Positions 35,461 to 52,494 of a stretch of DNA of 64,000 bases are shown here, in pieces. Source of the DNA: Octopus sinensis (Eukaryota); assembly GCF_006345805.1 (NCBI RefSeq), contig NC_043023.1, positions 20,522,001-20,586,000 of the forward strand. The letters are read 5' to 3'. How positions within the stretch are numbered: position 1 is the stretch's first letter; each line of letters opens with the position of its first letter. Below the pieces are notes generated by a model, which was not told the origin of the DNA, searched no databases, and worked only from the letters and a program-made list of their open reading frames with translations. The position numbers and the translations under genes are program-made.

Positions 35461-38112
35461 ATTAATAAGCTGAAGTCAATTCAAACAACAGTATGAAACT
35501 ACACAAACAAACTAGTTACTACACACCAGTGCATGCATGTCATTTCCCTTCCCACATTTCTGAGCTAAAAACAGCTTTTTTCCATCTCCCATTCTCCACA
35601 TATGGTGACAAAAGTGTCCTAACTACAAAATATTGAAGAAATTACAGGTAAAACTTCAACTGTAGTTTCATCTTTACTTTTATGATTCACTTGTGTATTT
35701 CATTTCACATTGTTTTGGCTCTAAACAAATTCATATCATTATCATTTAACATCTGTTGTCCATGCTGGCATGGTTGGATGCTTTGACCAGGGTGGGCAAG
35801 CTGGAAGGCTGCGCCAGACTCCAGTCTGATTTGGTACGGTTTCTGTGGCTGGATGTCCTTCCAACGTCAACCACTTCAAGAGTGTAGTGGGTGCCTTTTA
35901 TGTGCCATTTGCATGGACACCAGTATCTACCACGACTACGATTTTACTTGGCTTGGTGGGTCTTCTTCTCAAGCATGGCCTAATGCCAAAGCTTTTGGTC
36001 ACTCATTATATATACGTACATACATACATACATGCGCACATGCACACCCCACACAAAACACACAGATATGTTTTTATGAATGTTTACTTTCAGCAATTTG
36101 CTACAAATGAACTTTGTTGACAATTCTCTGACAAAATATATCTTTTAGCCCTTCAGCTTTTGAAGATGTAAGGAATAAAAAAAAAAGTGGTTAGTGACTG
36201 GAAGCTGTTAAAACAATGCCCCAGTAATATGTATTTGTGGAAAACCAAATAATAAAAATGTCAAATTTAAAAAAATAACTTTTACAGATGATTACAAGTC
36301 ATCAAAAATGTATATTTTTGGCATTTGGTGGAATGAATGATTTTGATCTATTGAAGTTATTTGTATTCTATTATCAATCTGTCAGATTTGTTTTCCGTGG
36401 TATTGTTTGTATGATGGTTTTTCTTTTTATACACTTTGCATGAGTATTTTTCCAGCTGGACACCCTTCCTACTACTTAATCTGAGTGCAGGTGACACTTA
36501 GTCAACTGAGCCAAAATGTGGCAAATGTTGCTTCACTCTTTAGCTACTATGCTCATTTTTTCACCAAAACTCGGTTACATCAGCTGGGATTTGATGTGTT
36601 CATTTGCTAATCTTCATCTTGTCACAAACAAAAGTCACCTCATTCATTTCGTTTTCATGATTCCAGTTAAGAGTATTTATTGCTCCTACTCACAAATGAA
36701 TATTGTGTATATTAGGAAGGCCATCCAGTTTTAGAACTATTGAATCAATCATTGATGGAATTCTTTGATTTTGACAAACCTTTTACTTATAGATTGTACT
36801 GAAAAGTGGAAACATACTCGATCAGTTTGCTTTGATTGTCCCTGCATTTTGAAAACAACTCAAAAATTACTCAGCTTGAAAAAATACTTTAGGCTTCTTT
36901 GTTACAATTCTTTATCATTACTTAAGACCCGGCTAAGAAAGATAAATAAATATTTTAATTCTTTTGCAATTCATTATGAAGCCATTGTATAATCATTGGC
37001 TCCCTAACAAACATTGATAATATCACTTGAGTAAAACAAAATGAAAATGCTAGATATATTGCAAAATTATAGATAAAGTTGGTTGGTGATAAGCAAAGGT
37101 TATTGATAAATGGTAGAGAATGTGCCAAGGGGACTTTGAAACAAAAAATATAGGTGATTGGGATATTGATAGCGGGAAAAGATTAGGAGGTGACGTTAAG
37201 GGCTTCATCAGACTTGTAGCAGCAGAGATGTAAAAGCAGTGATGATTATCAGGTGAAATGACATTGTACTTTTTAGCATGAACACATTTATGACTGCAAT
37301 GTGTACAATTAGCAAATCACTTCTATAGGGAGAAGATTTTAAATTGTAGCCATCTTTATTTATATATCTATTTTTTTGTGTGAAAAACTTTATCTTTTTT
37401 TTGTTTTGTTTTTTTCCCCTTTTCACTATGTATTCATTATAATATTATACATAAGTCCTCCTGGCATTTTTAATGATTTAATTGAACCAATACATTTTTT
37501 TCATTATTCATAATACTTTCAGATTTTAATAATTAATTTGCCTGTATTTATAAATGTTTCACAAAAACTGGGTTGGAGGTTTGGGATTTTGTTTTATAAT
37601 TTATCATTTTTTTTACTAATTTGTCTTAGGAATTTTACTCTTAGCCATTCAAAACTTCCCAGTTGCAGTGGTAATCCCCTCCTGGGAGGTCACATTGCAT
37701 TTAACACCTTCTCCAACAGCAACAATGGTTTGTTTACGACTGCCTGTCCGTCTTACTGTTTGTCAAACTGGGAAGGGCAAAAGGTCAAAATATCAGACCA
37801 CTCCTGAGAGTTCATGGTGAAGCCCAGGGCAGTGAAGATCTCTGGTTTCTCAGTATCAGAGTAAAAATGACTATCCTCAAGCCCATGCCTTAGGGTGGCT
37901 ATTCCAGCCCATCTTTTCTCGCCATACTCCTGAGCAAATACCTCTTCCATTTTATCCACCAGGACTATGAGCCTTTTTAGATGTGTTACTTGTTATCGTT
38001 TTATTTACCAGTCATAATTAAGAGAACAATCTTTAAGTGAACGCTATATTGTGTGTACTAATTTGCACCAAGTAAGATGGTGGTGAGCACGCTGTGGAAT
38101 TTGATCCCTTTC

Positions 38113-39325
38113 CACTTTGGGGTCGATTAAATAAGTACCAGTTACGCACTGGGATCGATGTATGTAATCAACAATCCCTTTGTCTGTCCGTGTTTGTCCC
38201 TTCTGTGTTTAGCCCCTTGTGGGTAGTAAAGAAATAGGTATTTCGTCTGCCGCTACGTTCTGAGTTCAAATTCTGCCGAGGTCAACTTTGCCTTTCATCC
38301 TTTTGGGGTCGATTAAATAAGTACCAGTTACGCACTGGGATCGATGTATGTAATCAACAATCCCTTTGTCTGTCCTTGTTTGTCCTCTCTGTGTTTAGCC
38401 CCTTGTGGGTAGTAAAGAAATAGGTATTTCGTCTGCCGCTACGTTCTGAGTTCAAATTCTGCCGAGGTCAACTTTGCCTTTCATCCTTTGGGGTCGATTA
38501 AATAAGTACCAGTTACGCACTGGGATCGATGTAATCAACAATCCCTTTGTCTGTCCGTGTTTGTCCCTTCTGTGTTTAGCCCCTTGTGGGTAGTAAAGAA
38601 ATAGGTATTTCGTCTGCCGCTACGTTCTGAGTTCAAATTCTGCCGAGGTCAACTTTGCCTTTCATCCTTTTGGGGTCGATTAAATAAGTACCAGTTACGC
38701 ACTGGGATCGATGTAATCAACAATCCCTTTGTCTGTCCTTGTTTGTCCTCTCTGTGTTTAGCCCCTTGTGGGTAGTAAAGAAATAGGTATTTCGTCTGCC
38801 GCTACGTTCTGAGTTCAAATTCTGCCGAGGTCAACTTTGCCTTTCATCCTTTTGGGGTCGATTAAATAAGTACCAGTTACGCACTGGGATCGATGTAATC
38901 AACAATCCCTTTGTCTGTCCTCTCTGTGTTTAGCCCCTTGTGGGTAGTAAAGAAATAGGTATTTCGTCTGCCGCTACGTTCTGAGTTCAAATTCCGTCGA
39001 GGTCGACTTTGCCTTTCATCCTTTCGGGGTCAATTAAATAAGTACCAGTTACGCACTGGGGTCGATATAATAGACTTAATCCCTTGTCTGTCCTTGTTTG
39101 TCTGCTCTGTGTTTAGCCCCTTGTGGGTAGTAAAGAAATAGGTATTTCATCTGTCTTTACGTTCTGAGTTCAAATTCTGCCGAGGTCAATCTTGTCTTTC
39201 ATCCTTTCGGGGTCAATTAAATAAATACCAGTTATGCACTGGGGTCGATGTAATCAACATTCCCTTTGTCTGTCTTTGTTTGTTCCCTCTATGTTTAGCC
39301 CCTTGTGGGCAATAAAGAAAAAAGA
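38113..39325 (+). repeat. headless SINE family 2 array: one partial unit and 6 units
   Basis: Unit starts at 38239, 38425, 38606, 38788, 38960 and 39143. Confidence 0.95.
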
Positions 39326-42300
39326 TTAGACCAGGGCTGGCCGGCCTGAGGCCCACAGCCATTTATCTTGTGGCTTGCTTGATAATTCCTTGAAATGGGT
39401 TTATTTAAACATTTAAAAAATTTTATCAAAAATTGTAATGAAAAATGAAAGATACTGGTTTTGCAGAGATAATAATTCGTGTTGAACCAATGACCATTCA
39501 TTTATTATTATAATAAAAGCACGAGACAGGGAAAGGCTTTCAATTCTGTCCGTATACAGGCGCAGGAGTGGCTGTGTGGTAAGTAGCTTGCTAACCAACC
39601 ACATGGTTCTGGGTTCAGTCCCACTGCGTGGCACCTTGGGCAAGTGTCTTCTGCTATAGCCTCGGGCCAACCAAAGCCTTGTGAGTGGATTTGGTAGACG
39701 GAAACTGAAAGAAGCCCGTCGTATATATGTATATATATACGCGTGTGCATGTTTGTGCGTGTGTGTGTTTGTCCCCCTAGCATTGCTTGACAACCGATGC
39801 TGGTGTGTTTACGTCCCCGTCACTTAGCAGTTCGGCAAAAGAGACTGATAGAATAAGTACTGGGCTTACAAAAGAATAAGTCCCGGGGTCGAGTTGCTCG
39901 ATTAAAGGCGGTGCTCTAGCATGGCCGCAGTCAAATGACTGAAACAAGTAAAAGAGTATATGCCGCCACATATTTCACCAGAGCACAAATTTAGAAGACC
40001 AGGAAAATTAGCATAAAATAATTTTTCGTTAATTTGCTCAGCAAAACACAATTGTTCCATTGTTCGTTTGTCATTTGACTGTGGCAATGCTGGAGCACTG
40101 CCTTTAGCCAAAAACAATTGCCCTATGGGCTTATTCTTTGTAAGCCTGGTACTCATTCTATCGGTCTTTGTTGCCGAACCTCAAAGTGACAGGGACATAA
40201 ACACACCAACATCGGTTGTCAAGCAATGGTGGCTGGGACAAACACAAACACAAATGCACAATGGGCTTCTTTCAGTTTCCATCTACAAAATCCACTCAGA
40301 AGACTTTAGTCGGCCCGAGGGTATAGAAGACACTTGCCCAAGGTGCCACACAGTGAGACTGAACCTGGAACCATGCGGTTTGTAAGCAAGCTTCTTACCA
40401 CACAGCCTTTCCTGCCCCTATATTTCTGAAAGAAATATCTCAAACTAACATTTTGTCCAGAAGGGGGCACATTTTTGAAACTGTATCCCTTCAAAGTTCC
40501 ATACCTCAAGGGAGCAGAATAGGGATACAGAATTATTTGAGGGAATGTGACGTTAGGCTGTGGCTATGCTGGGGCATCACCTTGAAGGGGCTTTGCTCAA
40601 ACAAATCGGCCCCAGTAATTTTTCCTTTACTTTTTTTTATGCCTGGTTGTTATTCCATTGTTCACCTTTGCTGAACCACTACACTGCATGGACGTAAACA
40701 AACCAACAACGATTGCCAAGCAGTGGAGGGACTGCAAACACAGAGACACATGCACACACCCACAAAGGTCTTCCTTCAGTTTCCTCCTACCAAATCCACT
40801 CACAAGGCTTTGGTCGACCTGGGGCTATAGCAGAAGACACTTGACCAAGGTGCCACGCAGTGGGACTGAACCCATGTTTCTGAACCACACAGATTATGGA
40901 GAAATTGTTTTTCTAGAATCAGAATTCCATAATCGTAATTTGACGTCCATTTTCCATGCTGGCATGGGTTGGACGGTTTGACGAAGGTTGGTCAGGCAGA
41001 AGACCGCAGCGAACTTCACTGCCTGTTTTAGAAAGGTTTTTTACGGCTAGTTACCCCCCCCCTAAATCTGTTATATTAAACAGAAATACTAAAAAAAAAA
41101 AAAAAAAAAAAACGTGTACCCTTTGAGTTTCTCATTAGGTATGGGACTTCGAAGGATAGCTATTCCAAAACTCCATTGAAGAAAAAAAAAATAACAAAGA
41201 AAGTTTTGTCCTATGGAATCTTTTCAGTTTGAACGGCAGTTTTTTTCTAGCGGTGTCATATGAAATTGTCACCCATAATTATGACCCTAGTATAGATCTA
41301 TTGCATTTCAATCTGGTTTAGGGTTAGTTAGGGGGAAGGGTATCGTTTTTTCTTCAGAAATGTAAATAAACCCTATCTGTTTCTTAAGCGAGGGACATAT
41401 TCATACGGCACAGAATGTTTTTTTTTACCTAAATGGACCTCACTGATTGGTTGAAATTGCAGAAATTAAAGAAAAAACAACAACAAATATCTTACAAACT
41501 ATAGAATTTTCTCAATAAAGCCAAGAGAAAAAGATGTTTTATAAACACATTCTACCAGTATACGAAGTTTAAAAGTGTTTAGTTACCTAGAAATTATTTT
41601 TAAAAACTGCCGTTCACACCGAAAAGATCCATCTGCTGTATTAAACAGAAATATTTAAAAAAAAAAAAAAAAAAGAGACGTGTACCCTTTGAGTTTCTCA
41701 TGGGACTTCGAAGGATAGCTATTCCAAAACTCCAATAAAGAAACAGAAATAACCAAGAAACTTTTGTCCTATGTTGCATTTAGGGTTCTGTTTGAAGAAT
41801 TTCGTCTCTTTCAAAGAGGTGTTGCTCAGATCCCTACACACACACACGACCAAGAAAAACCCCAGAGAAACTACAAGAAAAGAAAATGGCCGCCGTTTAT
41901 AAGCTTTTTGCTGCTGTGACCTACTTTTGAAATAAAACTATGTAGGGTGGGCACACACACTGTATCGAGGGCTGTGTACGGTCAATCGATATACTAGAAA
42001 TAGTAGTAAAATCCACTCGGAACGACAACTTAGAAAGTAGAACAAGGAAGTACGTCTAATAAAGTCATCCTAGAACCGCTATTTCTGGAAGCCGTGCTGG
42101 GTAGCCACGACTGGAAAGGCTTTGATTTTAAGGTGTGTCTACTCAATGAAGGCTGACAATTGCTTTTTAAATACAAAAAAGGCGCCGGCCTCGATGCTCC
42201 ACCGACCTCAACTAACAACGATGATTTTGTTTTAATGGTCGTAAGGACAATGAGAAAGAAATGAAACAAAGATTCATTAATAATTGTCAATGGCCATAAC

Positions 42301-45300
42301 GGAGCTGGAATATCTGAGCAAATGGGGCGATCTTCGTCTCTAGTAGACCTTTCCGTCGATTTCCGTAAAAAATTTTTTTTTTTACATATGGGCTTGCGGG
42401 AACTTTTGAAGTAATGAGAGCGAAAGAGACTAAGAGAAAGCGATTGTATGGCGAGGGAAGTTCTTTTGAAGTTACCGTGCATGTGAAGCATTGATGGACA
42501 TGTGTGTGTATGTGTGTGTTTGATGGGGTGTGGGAGACAGACAGTATGTTGTGTGAGTGAAGTGCTTCTGTTAGTGTGTGTGAAGAGACAGAGTAATGTG
42601 TGAAAGAAAGAGATAACTGAAATTTTTTACTCGGTGTATGTGTGTGTGTATGTATATTACTTCAAAAGTTCCCGCAAGCCCATATATAAAAAAAAAATAT
42701 TTTTTTTACGGAAATCGACGGAAAGGTCTACTAGAGACGAAAGATAGCCAAAATGTTCCCCCATCTCACTTTATTTACTCATAACTTTCAAATATTTTGT
42801 TGTTTTAATCATGAAGCTTTCCACAAATGCCCTTCAGGTTACGACTATGTCGGGATTTTAACATGAAAAGGTGAAAAATAAACGGGTGGTAGTGCAGACG
42901 TACATGGCTACTTCGAATATTCCAGAAGGTAACAAGGATATGAAAATGCCGTGGTCTATTTTTGTTGAGTGCAATACGAAGACATTGCAGTCGGTGTGAC
43001 CATCGTCCAACTTGTAAAGACGTGGATGTGGTTACAAAATGCTCCATACAAAATACTAAGCTCGGTTATGCCATGGCTGTAAATTTATCAAAACCCACTG
43101 AAGAAAAGACAACGAACGTCTCTTTAAAGTTGCCATCTGAAAGGACATGGCGACCTCGAATGTTCCAGAAGATAGTTAGAATATGAAAATATCGTAGATT
43201 TAATTGAATGAATACACCAATAACAACAACATAGCAATAATGTGACCATCACTTCCAATTTGTAAAGACCTGGAACAGGTTTACAGGGACATAAATTACG
43301 GAAAACAGGAATGCTAGAAACTAGTTATAAGCAATATGGCAGATAAGGAATGAGGTGGGGGTTGCCCCCTTCGGTTATGGCATCGACAGGTTAGCTTTAA
43401 ATATATAGGGGGACATGGTTAAAATACTCCAGAAAATAAGATAGCAGCAGTTAAAGTTTGTAGATATGGAAAGGTATTATCTCAAAACATAACGTTGAAC
43501 AACTGTTTAAAAATAATGCACGTCTGGTATTCAAAGACCATGGTTTTTTTTTATTGTATATTTGACTAAAAAATAAACCATGGTGTATCTCGTAATTTAC
43601 AAAATAACAATAATTAATTATATTATAATGAGGAAATTTTAACTTTATCATCAAAAAAATATATATAATAACAATGAATATATTTTCTTCTTTCTGCTTC
43701 AAATGTCGGACATTTTAATATGGAGACCCAAAAAAGAAAAAAAAATGACCAGAATTATAAAAGACAAAGGCAAGATATAATTAAAAAGAAAAATGCGAGT
43801 TTAATGATAATAATAATAATAATAATAAAGAAAAACAATTTTCAATTTGCATTTGAAGGATATAGAAATATTTTTGTTTGCATCTGTAATTATATTTCAC
43901 GTTTTTATTGTCAATTAATTGAGAGACAGGCTTTTCAAAATTTCAAAGCGAAACAATACAAATGCTGTTCTTTTTCCTTAATGAATATGGCTATTCACTT
44001 TCGTTTTAGCTTGAGTGTATTTCGTGCAATAATGAAAGCCAATATCGGATGACAGATGTGGAGGAAACGTGAAGCAAGAGATACGTTAAGAAGGCTTCAC
44101 AATGGCGAGCAGGGATGAGAAAGAGAGCAGACATACTGTGTCGATTATGAAAATATAAGACATGGGAACGAAGTTAAAAACCACAGCCAGAAAATAAAGA
44201 GACAAACGGAGATGAAAGAGGGCGATGTAGAAAGATTATAATGTTAATAATAGAAGCAGTTAGATAGAAAGAGAGCGAGAGAGGGGGACATTGTTACAAT
44301 GGCGTTTAAATGTCGTTGTTTAAACCCCGGGTCAGACTTGATCGAATATATATGTATGACCAAACATGTTCCAGTCGTGACCATCCCGTGTTTATATGTC
44401 ATGGGTTATAGAGTTCGATGTTTTGTAATTTTTTTTTTTTCGTTTTTATTTAAGACGATAGAGATGTGATTTGAGGGAGCTCTGGCTGCTATTTCTAGCA
44501 GATCCAGTGACCACGTAGAGGTATCATCCAATGGAGTTTAGTAAAAAAAAAAAAAAAAAAGGCCAGAAAAGTGAGACGGAGAGGGACATTCGCCAAGGCA
44601 GCTCTAATCGAGCATAAAACAATGATCAAAGACATTCCAGCCGTGATCATCCTGACCCCCACCCCAAACATAATGTACCAAGAACCTTTCCTTTCTTTTT
44701 AAAACAATAATGATTTGACTGCTATTTCTAACAACCACTTAGAAGCCTCGGTGTTGTTTAGCCCCAGCGAGCAAACACCCAAGTTCAAAGGCGCTCCAGA
44801 TATGACCATCACCAGCTATTTTTCAACATAGAAAATCTAGGACGGTATATATATCCTCGTTTAAGACAATAAAGTCCAGTTTGTGATGGTTTTGATCGTT
44901 ATTTCTAGCAAAATGTGCAACCATATAGAGACTTACTTACACGCTGTTGTTTAACCCCAAGTCGGTCCTGATTGATCAAAGGCGCACCAACCGTGACTAC
45001 CCCGGGTTTTTCAATTTCTTTTCTTCAATAGTATTTCTAGGACTACATAATCTATTGTATTCTTCCTATTAAAAAAAATACAGGGTCCGATTTGAAGGAG
45101 ACTTGGCTGCTATTTCTAATAGAACAAGCTCGCTCGACGGTGGCAGTTTAGCTCCAGGTCGCCCTAATCCATCAAAACAGAAGTTTCGTCAATAATTAAT
45201 AACTCCATTCCTTCCTTGTTTTTCACCCACTCAACACAAAACACGCAAAACTACATTATCTGGTACATCCATCCATCCTTCTTGTAAAACAGCTGCGTGC

Positions 45301-47294
45301 AATTTGAAGATTTTAGCAGCTATTTCTAGCAGGACGAGAAAAAGCACAAACGGAGGAACAGTCTGGACTTTGCCAGAATAAATCCAGGCCAGGCGAACGT
45401 AGAAATTAATAGCTAAAAGGCAAAGAGAGAAATAGAGAGAGGCCTGATAAACGGGAGGTGGAATATATAGATATATATTTTTTTTTTTATGACAACAAAC
45501 AGAGAGAGAGAGAGAGAGAAGGCGGAAGCTTGCCTTTCTTTTTTATACTCCAAACAATAAGCCAATATGGCCGCCGTTGGGGGAAAATGCAAGATGGCAG
45601 TGCTTCGCTATTCCCACAGAATCTCTACTATGTTGCTGGTTTGGATATGCGAAATATAGTAGTTAATTGTTTCTCAAACCACACACCATTGTTTTAAATA
45701 TATTGTAAGCATCGTTATGTATGTATGTATATATATATTATGCATGTAGACTTGTACAAAGGAGGCGATGGTCACAAACGGATTGCATTTGGTCTGGATG
45801 TAACTACAATGTCAGCTATGGTTATAGACAACCTTCTACGCAGACGGTAGACATACTGAAAAAAAATAATAACAACCAACAACACTCGATTACATTTAAT
45901 CTTACAAACACTACCTACACACACTGTATATCTCTCTCTCTTACTTGTTTCAGTCATTTGACTGCGGCCATGCTGGAGCACCGCCTTCAGTCGAGCAAAT
46001 CGACCCCGGGACTTATTCTTTGTAAGCCCAGTACTTATTCTATCGGTCTATATATGTATGTACGTATGCATGTATGTATGTATTTATGTATGTATTTATG
46101 TATGTGTGTATGTATGTATTTATGTATGTGTATGTATGTATTTATGTATGTGTGAGTGTATGTGAGAGTGTGTGTGTGTGTGTATGTGGTACAAATACGG
46201 AATGGTCGTGGTTGGATAGTCAGCGAATTTCAGGGTTGCTGGCGTGAATGTGTAAACAATACACGCGATAAACTCTGAATTCTATACACAGCAGCCAAAA
46301 TCTGAGAAAACAAGCCATTACACACACACACACACACATAGCAATCGAAATACGAACACGCACTTGAGTCCGTTCGCATGTGTGTATATTATATATGCGC
46401 ATATTACTTCGTTAAAAATTGGCACACTCAAGGGTGTAGAGTCACACGCACTTATAAACAGTTTTTCATCAACGGTTTCATATATCAATGTTTACAGTTT
46501 ATAGCCTGCACAGCAGGTGCCCGTGTATAGTCTCTCTCTCTCTCTCTCTGTCCCCCTCTCTCTCTCTAATATATAGACTAGCAGTATCGCCCGGCGTTGC
46601 TCGGGTTTGTTTCGACCCTTTAGAGTTGGAATTTTTGAAAAGTAAAACTTTTGCATTATGTAGCTTGTTATTCTCTTTAAGTGAACATTTTTCTGGTTGA
46701 AATATACCGAAAACTGGCGACACAGCAGTCAAAATATCGTAAAAAATAGGGATTTTCATAGAAAAAAAAAAGCACCTTTTTGATGTAAATAATTTTTGGT
46801 GTTAACATGGTCCAATTTGAATTTTTTTCTTCTACTGAATGAAGAGCAAGCCTTCTTCTATCATACTCTCAATTTTGGTCAACTTGTGCTGCAGGGTCTC
46901 GGAGGAGATAGTGTTAGTTGAAGGCTGCCAAACCTGCCACACACAGACAACTTCAGCTTTATAGAGAGAGAGATTACAAACTTCAGAAAAACATAGGATG
47001 AGGCAGAAAAACTTAACATATTTCACGTTTGTCCACTTTACACTACGCGTGTGTATGCATCCACACACACACACATACATACATACATATATACATACAT
47101 ACATATATATATACATACATACATACTCCTGATAATTTTTGCGTGAATATTATATGCATAAATCCACTTAACTACAGAGTGTATATGTTGAAACAGAAAC
47201 GAGTGACAATCGCCAGTAGTAATTAAAATACTAATTATATTATAGGCTAATTCATTAAACTACACCCCTCTATATATATGAGGTAGATGGGTAG

Positions 47295-47331
<37 letters not shown>

Positions 47332-48413
47332 GTTAATGTATATATATATATATATGTTAAACAGATAAATTCCACTATTTATATAATATCGAGGTCTCTT
47401 TCATTCTTTTGTTGTCTTAACATTTTTATTAATATATATATATATATATATATTTCGTTTTTGGATTTGGTTTGCAAGATTCTTTATATGAGTTCGTGTG
47501 TTGAAGCATATTCTGTTGTGTCTGGGGAGAGTCATTCTCTTTTAGTGCCTTATTATGTAACACACTCACCGGTAAAATTTCCACTTTTTCCTTATTTTTA
47601 ATTTCCTAAAATTTTCGTTGCAGGACAATAAAAATAAGAAAAAAAGTGGAAATTTTACCGATGAGTGTGTTACATAATAAGACACAAAAAGAAAATGACT
47701 CTCCCCAGACACAACAGTATATATATATATATATATATATACTCTGCAATTGTTAATTATGTATAATTATATATATATATATATGTGTATGTGTGTGTGT
47801 GTGTAAACTGTCGTATGTCCAACTGCTTCAGATGCCAAGATATCAAAGATTGAAAGTGAAGTACGATTTTACTAGGGAATGGTGAAACGTTTTAGACTTA
47901 AGACACTTGTATAGCAACTACATATATATATATATACATATATATACATATACACATATACATATATATATATACATATACACATATACATATATATATA
48001 CATATACACATATACATACATATACATATATATATACATATACATATATATATACATATACACATATATATACATATACACATATATATACATATACACA
48101 TATACATATACATATATATATACATACATACACATATACATACATACATACATACATATACATATAGATATATACATACATACACATATACATACATACA
48201 TACATATATATATATACATACATACACATATACATACATACACATATACATACATACATATATATATATACATACATACATATATATACATACATACATA
48301 TATATATATATACATACATATACACATACATACATATATACATACATACATATATATATACATACATACATACATATATATACATACATACATATATATA
48401 TACATACATACAC

Positions 48414-48444
<31 letters not shown>

Positions 48445-48499
48445 CATATATATACATACATACATACATACATATATATACATACATACATACACATAC

Positions 48500-48532
<33 letters not shown>

Positions 48533-48697
48533 CATACATATATATATATACACATATATAAATACACATATATATACATACACATATATATATACACATA
48601 TATATACATACACATATACATACACATATACATATACATACATATACATACATACATATATATACATACATACATATATATACATACATACATATAC

Positions 48698-48731
<34 letters not shown>

Positions 48732-48836
48732 ATACATACATATATATCATACATACATATATATATACATACATATATATATACATACATATATATATAC
48801 ATACATATATATATACATACATATATATATACATAC

Positions 48837-48869
<33 letters not shown>

Positions 48870-48874
48870 CATAC

Positions 48875-48907
<33 letters not shown>

Positions 48908-48961
48908 CATACATATATATATACATACATATATATATACATACATATATATATACATACA

Positions 48962-48995
<34 letters not shown>

Positions 48996-50678
48996 CCTGT
49001 AGAGCTTTCTACAGGTATGCCAAAGAAACAGCTACGGTGCACTGTAGAATAGGGCCACTCCTTGAAAAGGAGGGCACACTCACAGGAAAACCAATGAGGG
49101 TAAGTGAAATACTGAATGAGCAATTCAAGAGTGTTTTCACTCCACCCCTTGGGCATTTCCAAATCACCAATCCAACTGACTTCTTTACCACTGCAGATAT
49201 AAAATCAGAGGCGGCGACGATAAATTACATCGATATAAAGGAAGACGATGTAATCAAGGCTATAGATGAAATGAAAACAGACTCAGCTACTGGCCCCGAT
49301 GGATTCCCAGCAATCCTCCTAAAAGTATGTAAGAGAGTCTTAGCAAGACCACTGCAGTTCCTCTTTCAGAGCTTCCTTGCAGCTGGCAAACTTCCAAGAA
49401 AACTGAAGGAAGGTAAAATATGCCCCATTCATAAAGGAGGTAGCAGAGCGGAAGCCAAGAACTATAGACCTATCTCTCTGACCTCACACATCAGCAAGGT
49501 CATGGAACGAATAGTCAGAAGGAAACTGATCACCTTCCTTGAAGAAAATGACTTGCTGCCCGACACCCAACATGGTTTCCGACCAGGGTGAAGCTGTTTA
49601 ACTCAGCTCCTACAACACTATGACTGGGTGCTGAAACGACTGCTCAACCACTCAAATGTGGAAGTGATATATCTCGACTTTGCAAAGGCCTTTGATAAAG
49701 TCGATCATGGAATGATATGTCACAAACTGCGTTGGAAAACTGGGAGAATGGCTTCATGACTTTCTGAAAGATAGAAGTCAGGTGGTAGTAGCCACTTCCA
49801 TTAACACAAATAGTGAGCGGTGTTCCGCAGGGCACCGTTTTGGGACCACTACTGTTCATAATGGCCCTCTCAGACATGCCCTCAGCCACGCAGAGAGCCA
49901 CGATCACAAGTTATGCAGATGATACAAAAGTTTCACAGGCAATACAGAACCCTGAGGACACTAAACGCCTGCAATGTGAGCTGGACAAAATATACAAGTG
50001 GGCTGAAAAGAATAGCATGCAGTTCAATGCTGAAAAGTTTCAAGCTTTATACTATCAGCATGCAAAACTAAATGCAATACCCAATGAATACACTGGACCG
50101 GAGGAATTGCAATCCCAGGGGCACAATCAGTGCGTGACCTAGGTATTTACATGAGTGATGACGCAACCTTTCGTGTACATGTTGCTACATTGGCAATAAA
50201 ATGTAGACAACTGGCCGGATGGATTCTCAGAACCTTTAGAACAAGAGAACAAGAAACCATGATGGTCCTCTGGAGGACACTTGTCCTAAGCCACTTTGAC
50301 TATTGCTCTCAGTTATGGTCACCATCCAGTGTCAAGTTGATCACAGAGCTCGAGGCGATCCAGCGTAGCTACACGAAGAAGATAGCCTCTATGCAGAATG
50401 TAAGCTACTGGGAAAGACTCAAGAGATTAAAACTATATTCCTTGGAGCGTAGGCGGGAAAGATATGCCATAATATACATCTGGAAGATCCTGGAGGGACT
50501 TGTCCCAAACTTTGGCATCGAGAGTTACACAAATGCCAGAAAAGGGGCTTCTTTCAGTTTCCGTCTACCAAATCCACTCACAAGGCATTAGTCGGCCTGA
50601 GGCTATAGTAGAAGATACTTGCCCAAGGTGCCACGCAGTGGGACTGAACCCGGAACCATGTGGTTGGTAAACACACAC

Positions 50679-50709
<31 letters not shown>

Positions 50710-50715
50710 CACATA

Positions 50716-50747
<32 letters not shown>

Positions 50748-52261
50748 CACATATATATATACACATATACACATATATATATATACACTATATACACATA
50801 TATATATACACATAATACACATATATATATATACACTATATACACATATATATATATACACATATATATATAACACATATTACACATATATATATATACA
50901 CATATATACATATATATTATATATACATATATACATATACATATACATATATTACACATATATACATATACAATATATACACATATATACACATATACAC
51001 ATATATACATATATATATACACATATACACATATACATATATAATTACACATATATACAATATACACATATACACATATATATATACACATATACACACT
51101 ATACACATATATACACATATATACACATATATATACATATATATATATACACATATATATATATATACACACATATATTACATATATATATACACATATA
51201 TACATATATATATACACATATATACATATATATATAACACATATATATATATACACATATATACATATATATATTATATACACATATATATATATATATA
51301 TACACATATATATATATATATATACACATATATACATATATATATACACATATATACATATATATATACACATATATACATATATATATACACATATATA
51401 CATATATATATACACATATATACATATATATATATATACACATATATATATATATACACATATATACATATATACACATATATACATATATATACACATA
51501 TATATATATATATATACACATATATATATATATATATATACACATATATACATATATATATATACACATATATATATATATATACAAACATATATATATA
51601 TATACACACATATATATATATATACACATATATATATACACACATATATATATATATACACACATATATATATATATAATATATCACATATATACATATA
51701 TATATACACATATAACATATATATATATACACATATATACACACATATATATATATATACACATAATACATATATATATACACATATATACATATATATA
51801 TATATACACCATATATATATACACACATATATATATACACACATATATATATACACACATATATACATATATATATACATATAATACATATATATATATA
51901 CATACATATACATATATAACATATAATACATATACATACATATACATATATATACATATACATACATATATACATATACATACATATACATACATATACA
52001 TACATATACATATATATACATATATATACATATATATACATATATACATATATATACATATATATACATATACATATATATACATATACATATATATACA
52101 TATACATACATATACATATATATACATATACATACATATACATATATATACATATACATACATATACATATATATACATATACATACATATACATATACA
52201 TACATATACATATATATACATATACATACATATACATATATATACATATACATATATATAC

Positions 52262-52312
<51 letters not shown>

Positions 52313-52457
52313 CATATATATACATATACATATATATACATATATATATACACATATATATACATATATACATATACACATATATATACATATATACATA
52401 TACACATATATATACATATATACATATACATATATATATATACATATATATATATAC

Positions 52458-52494
<37 letters not shown>

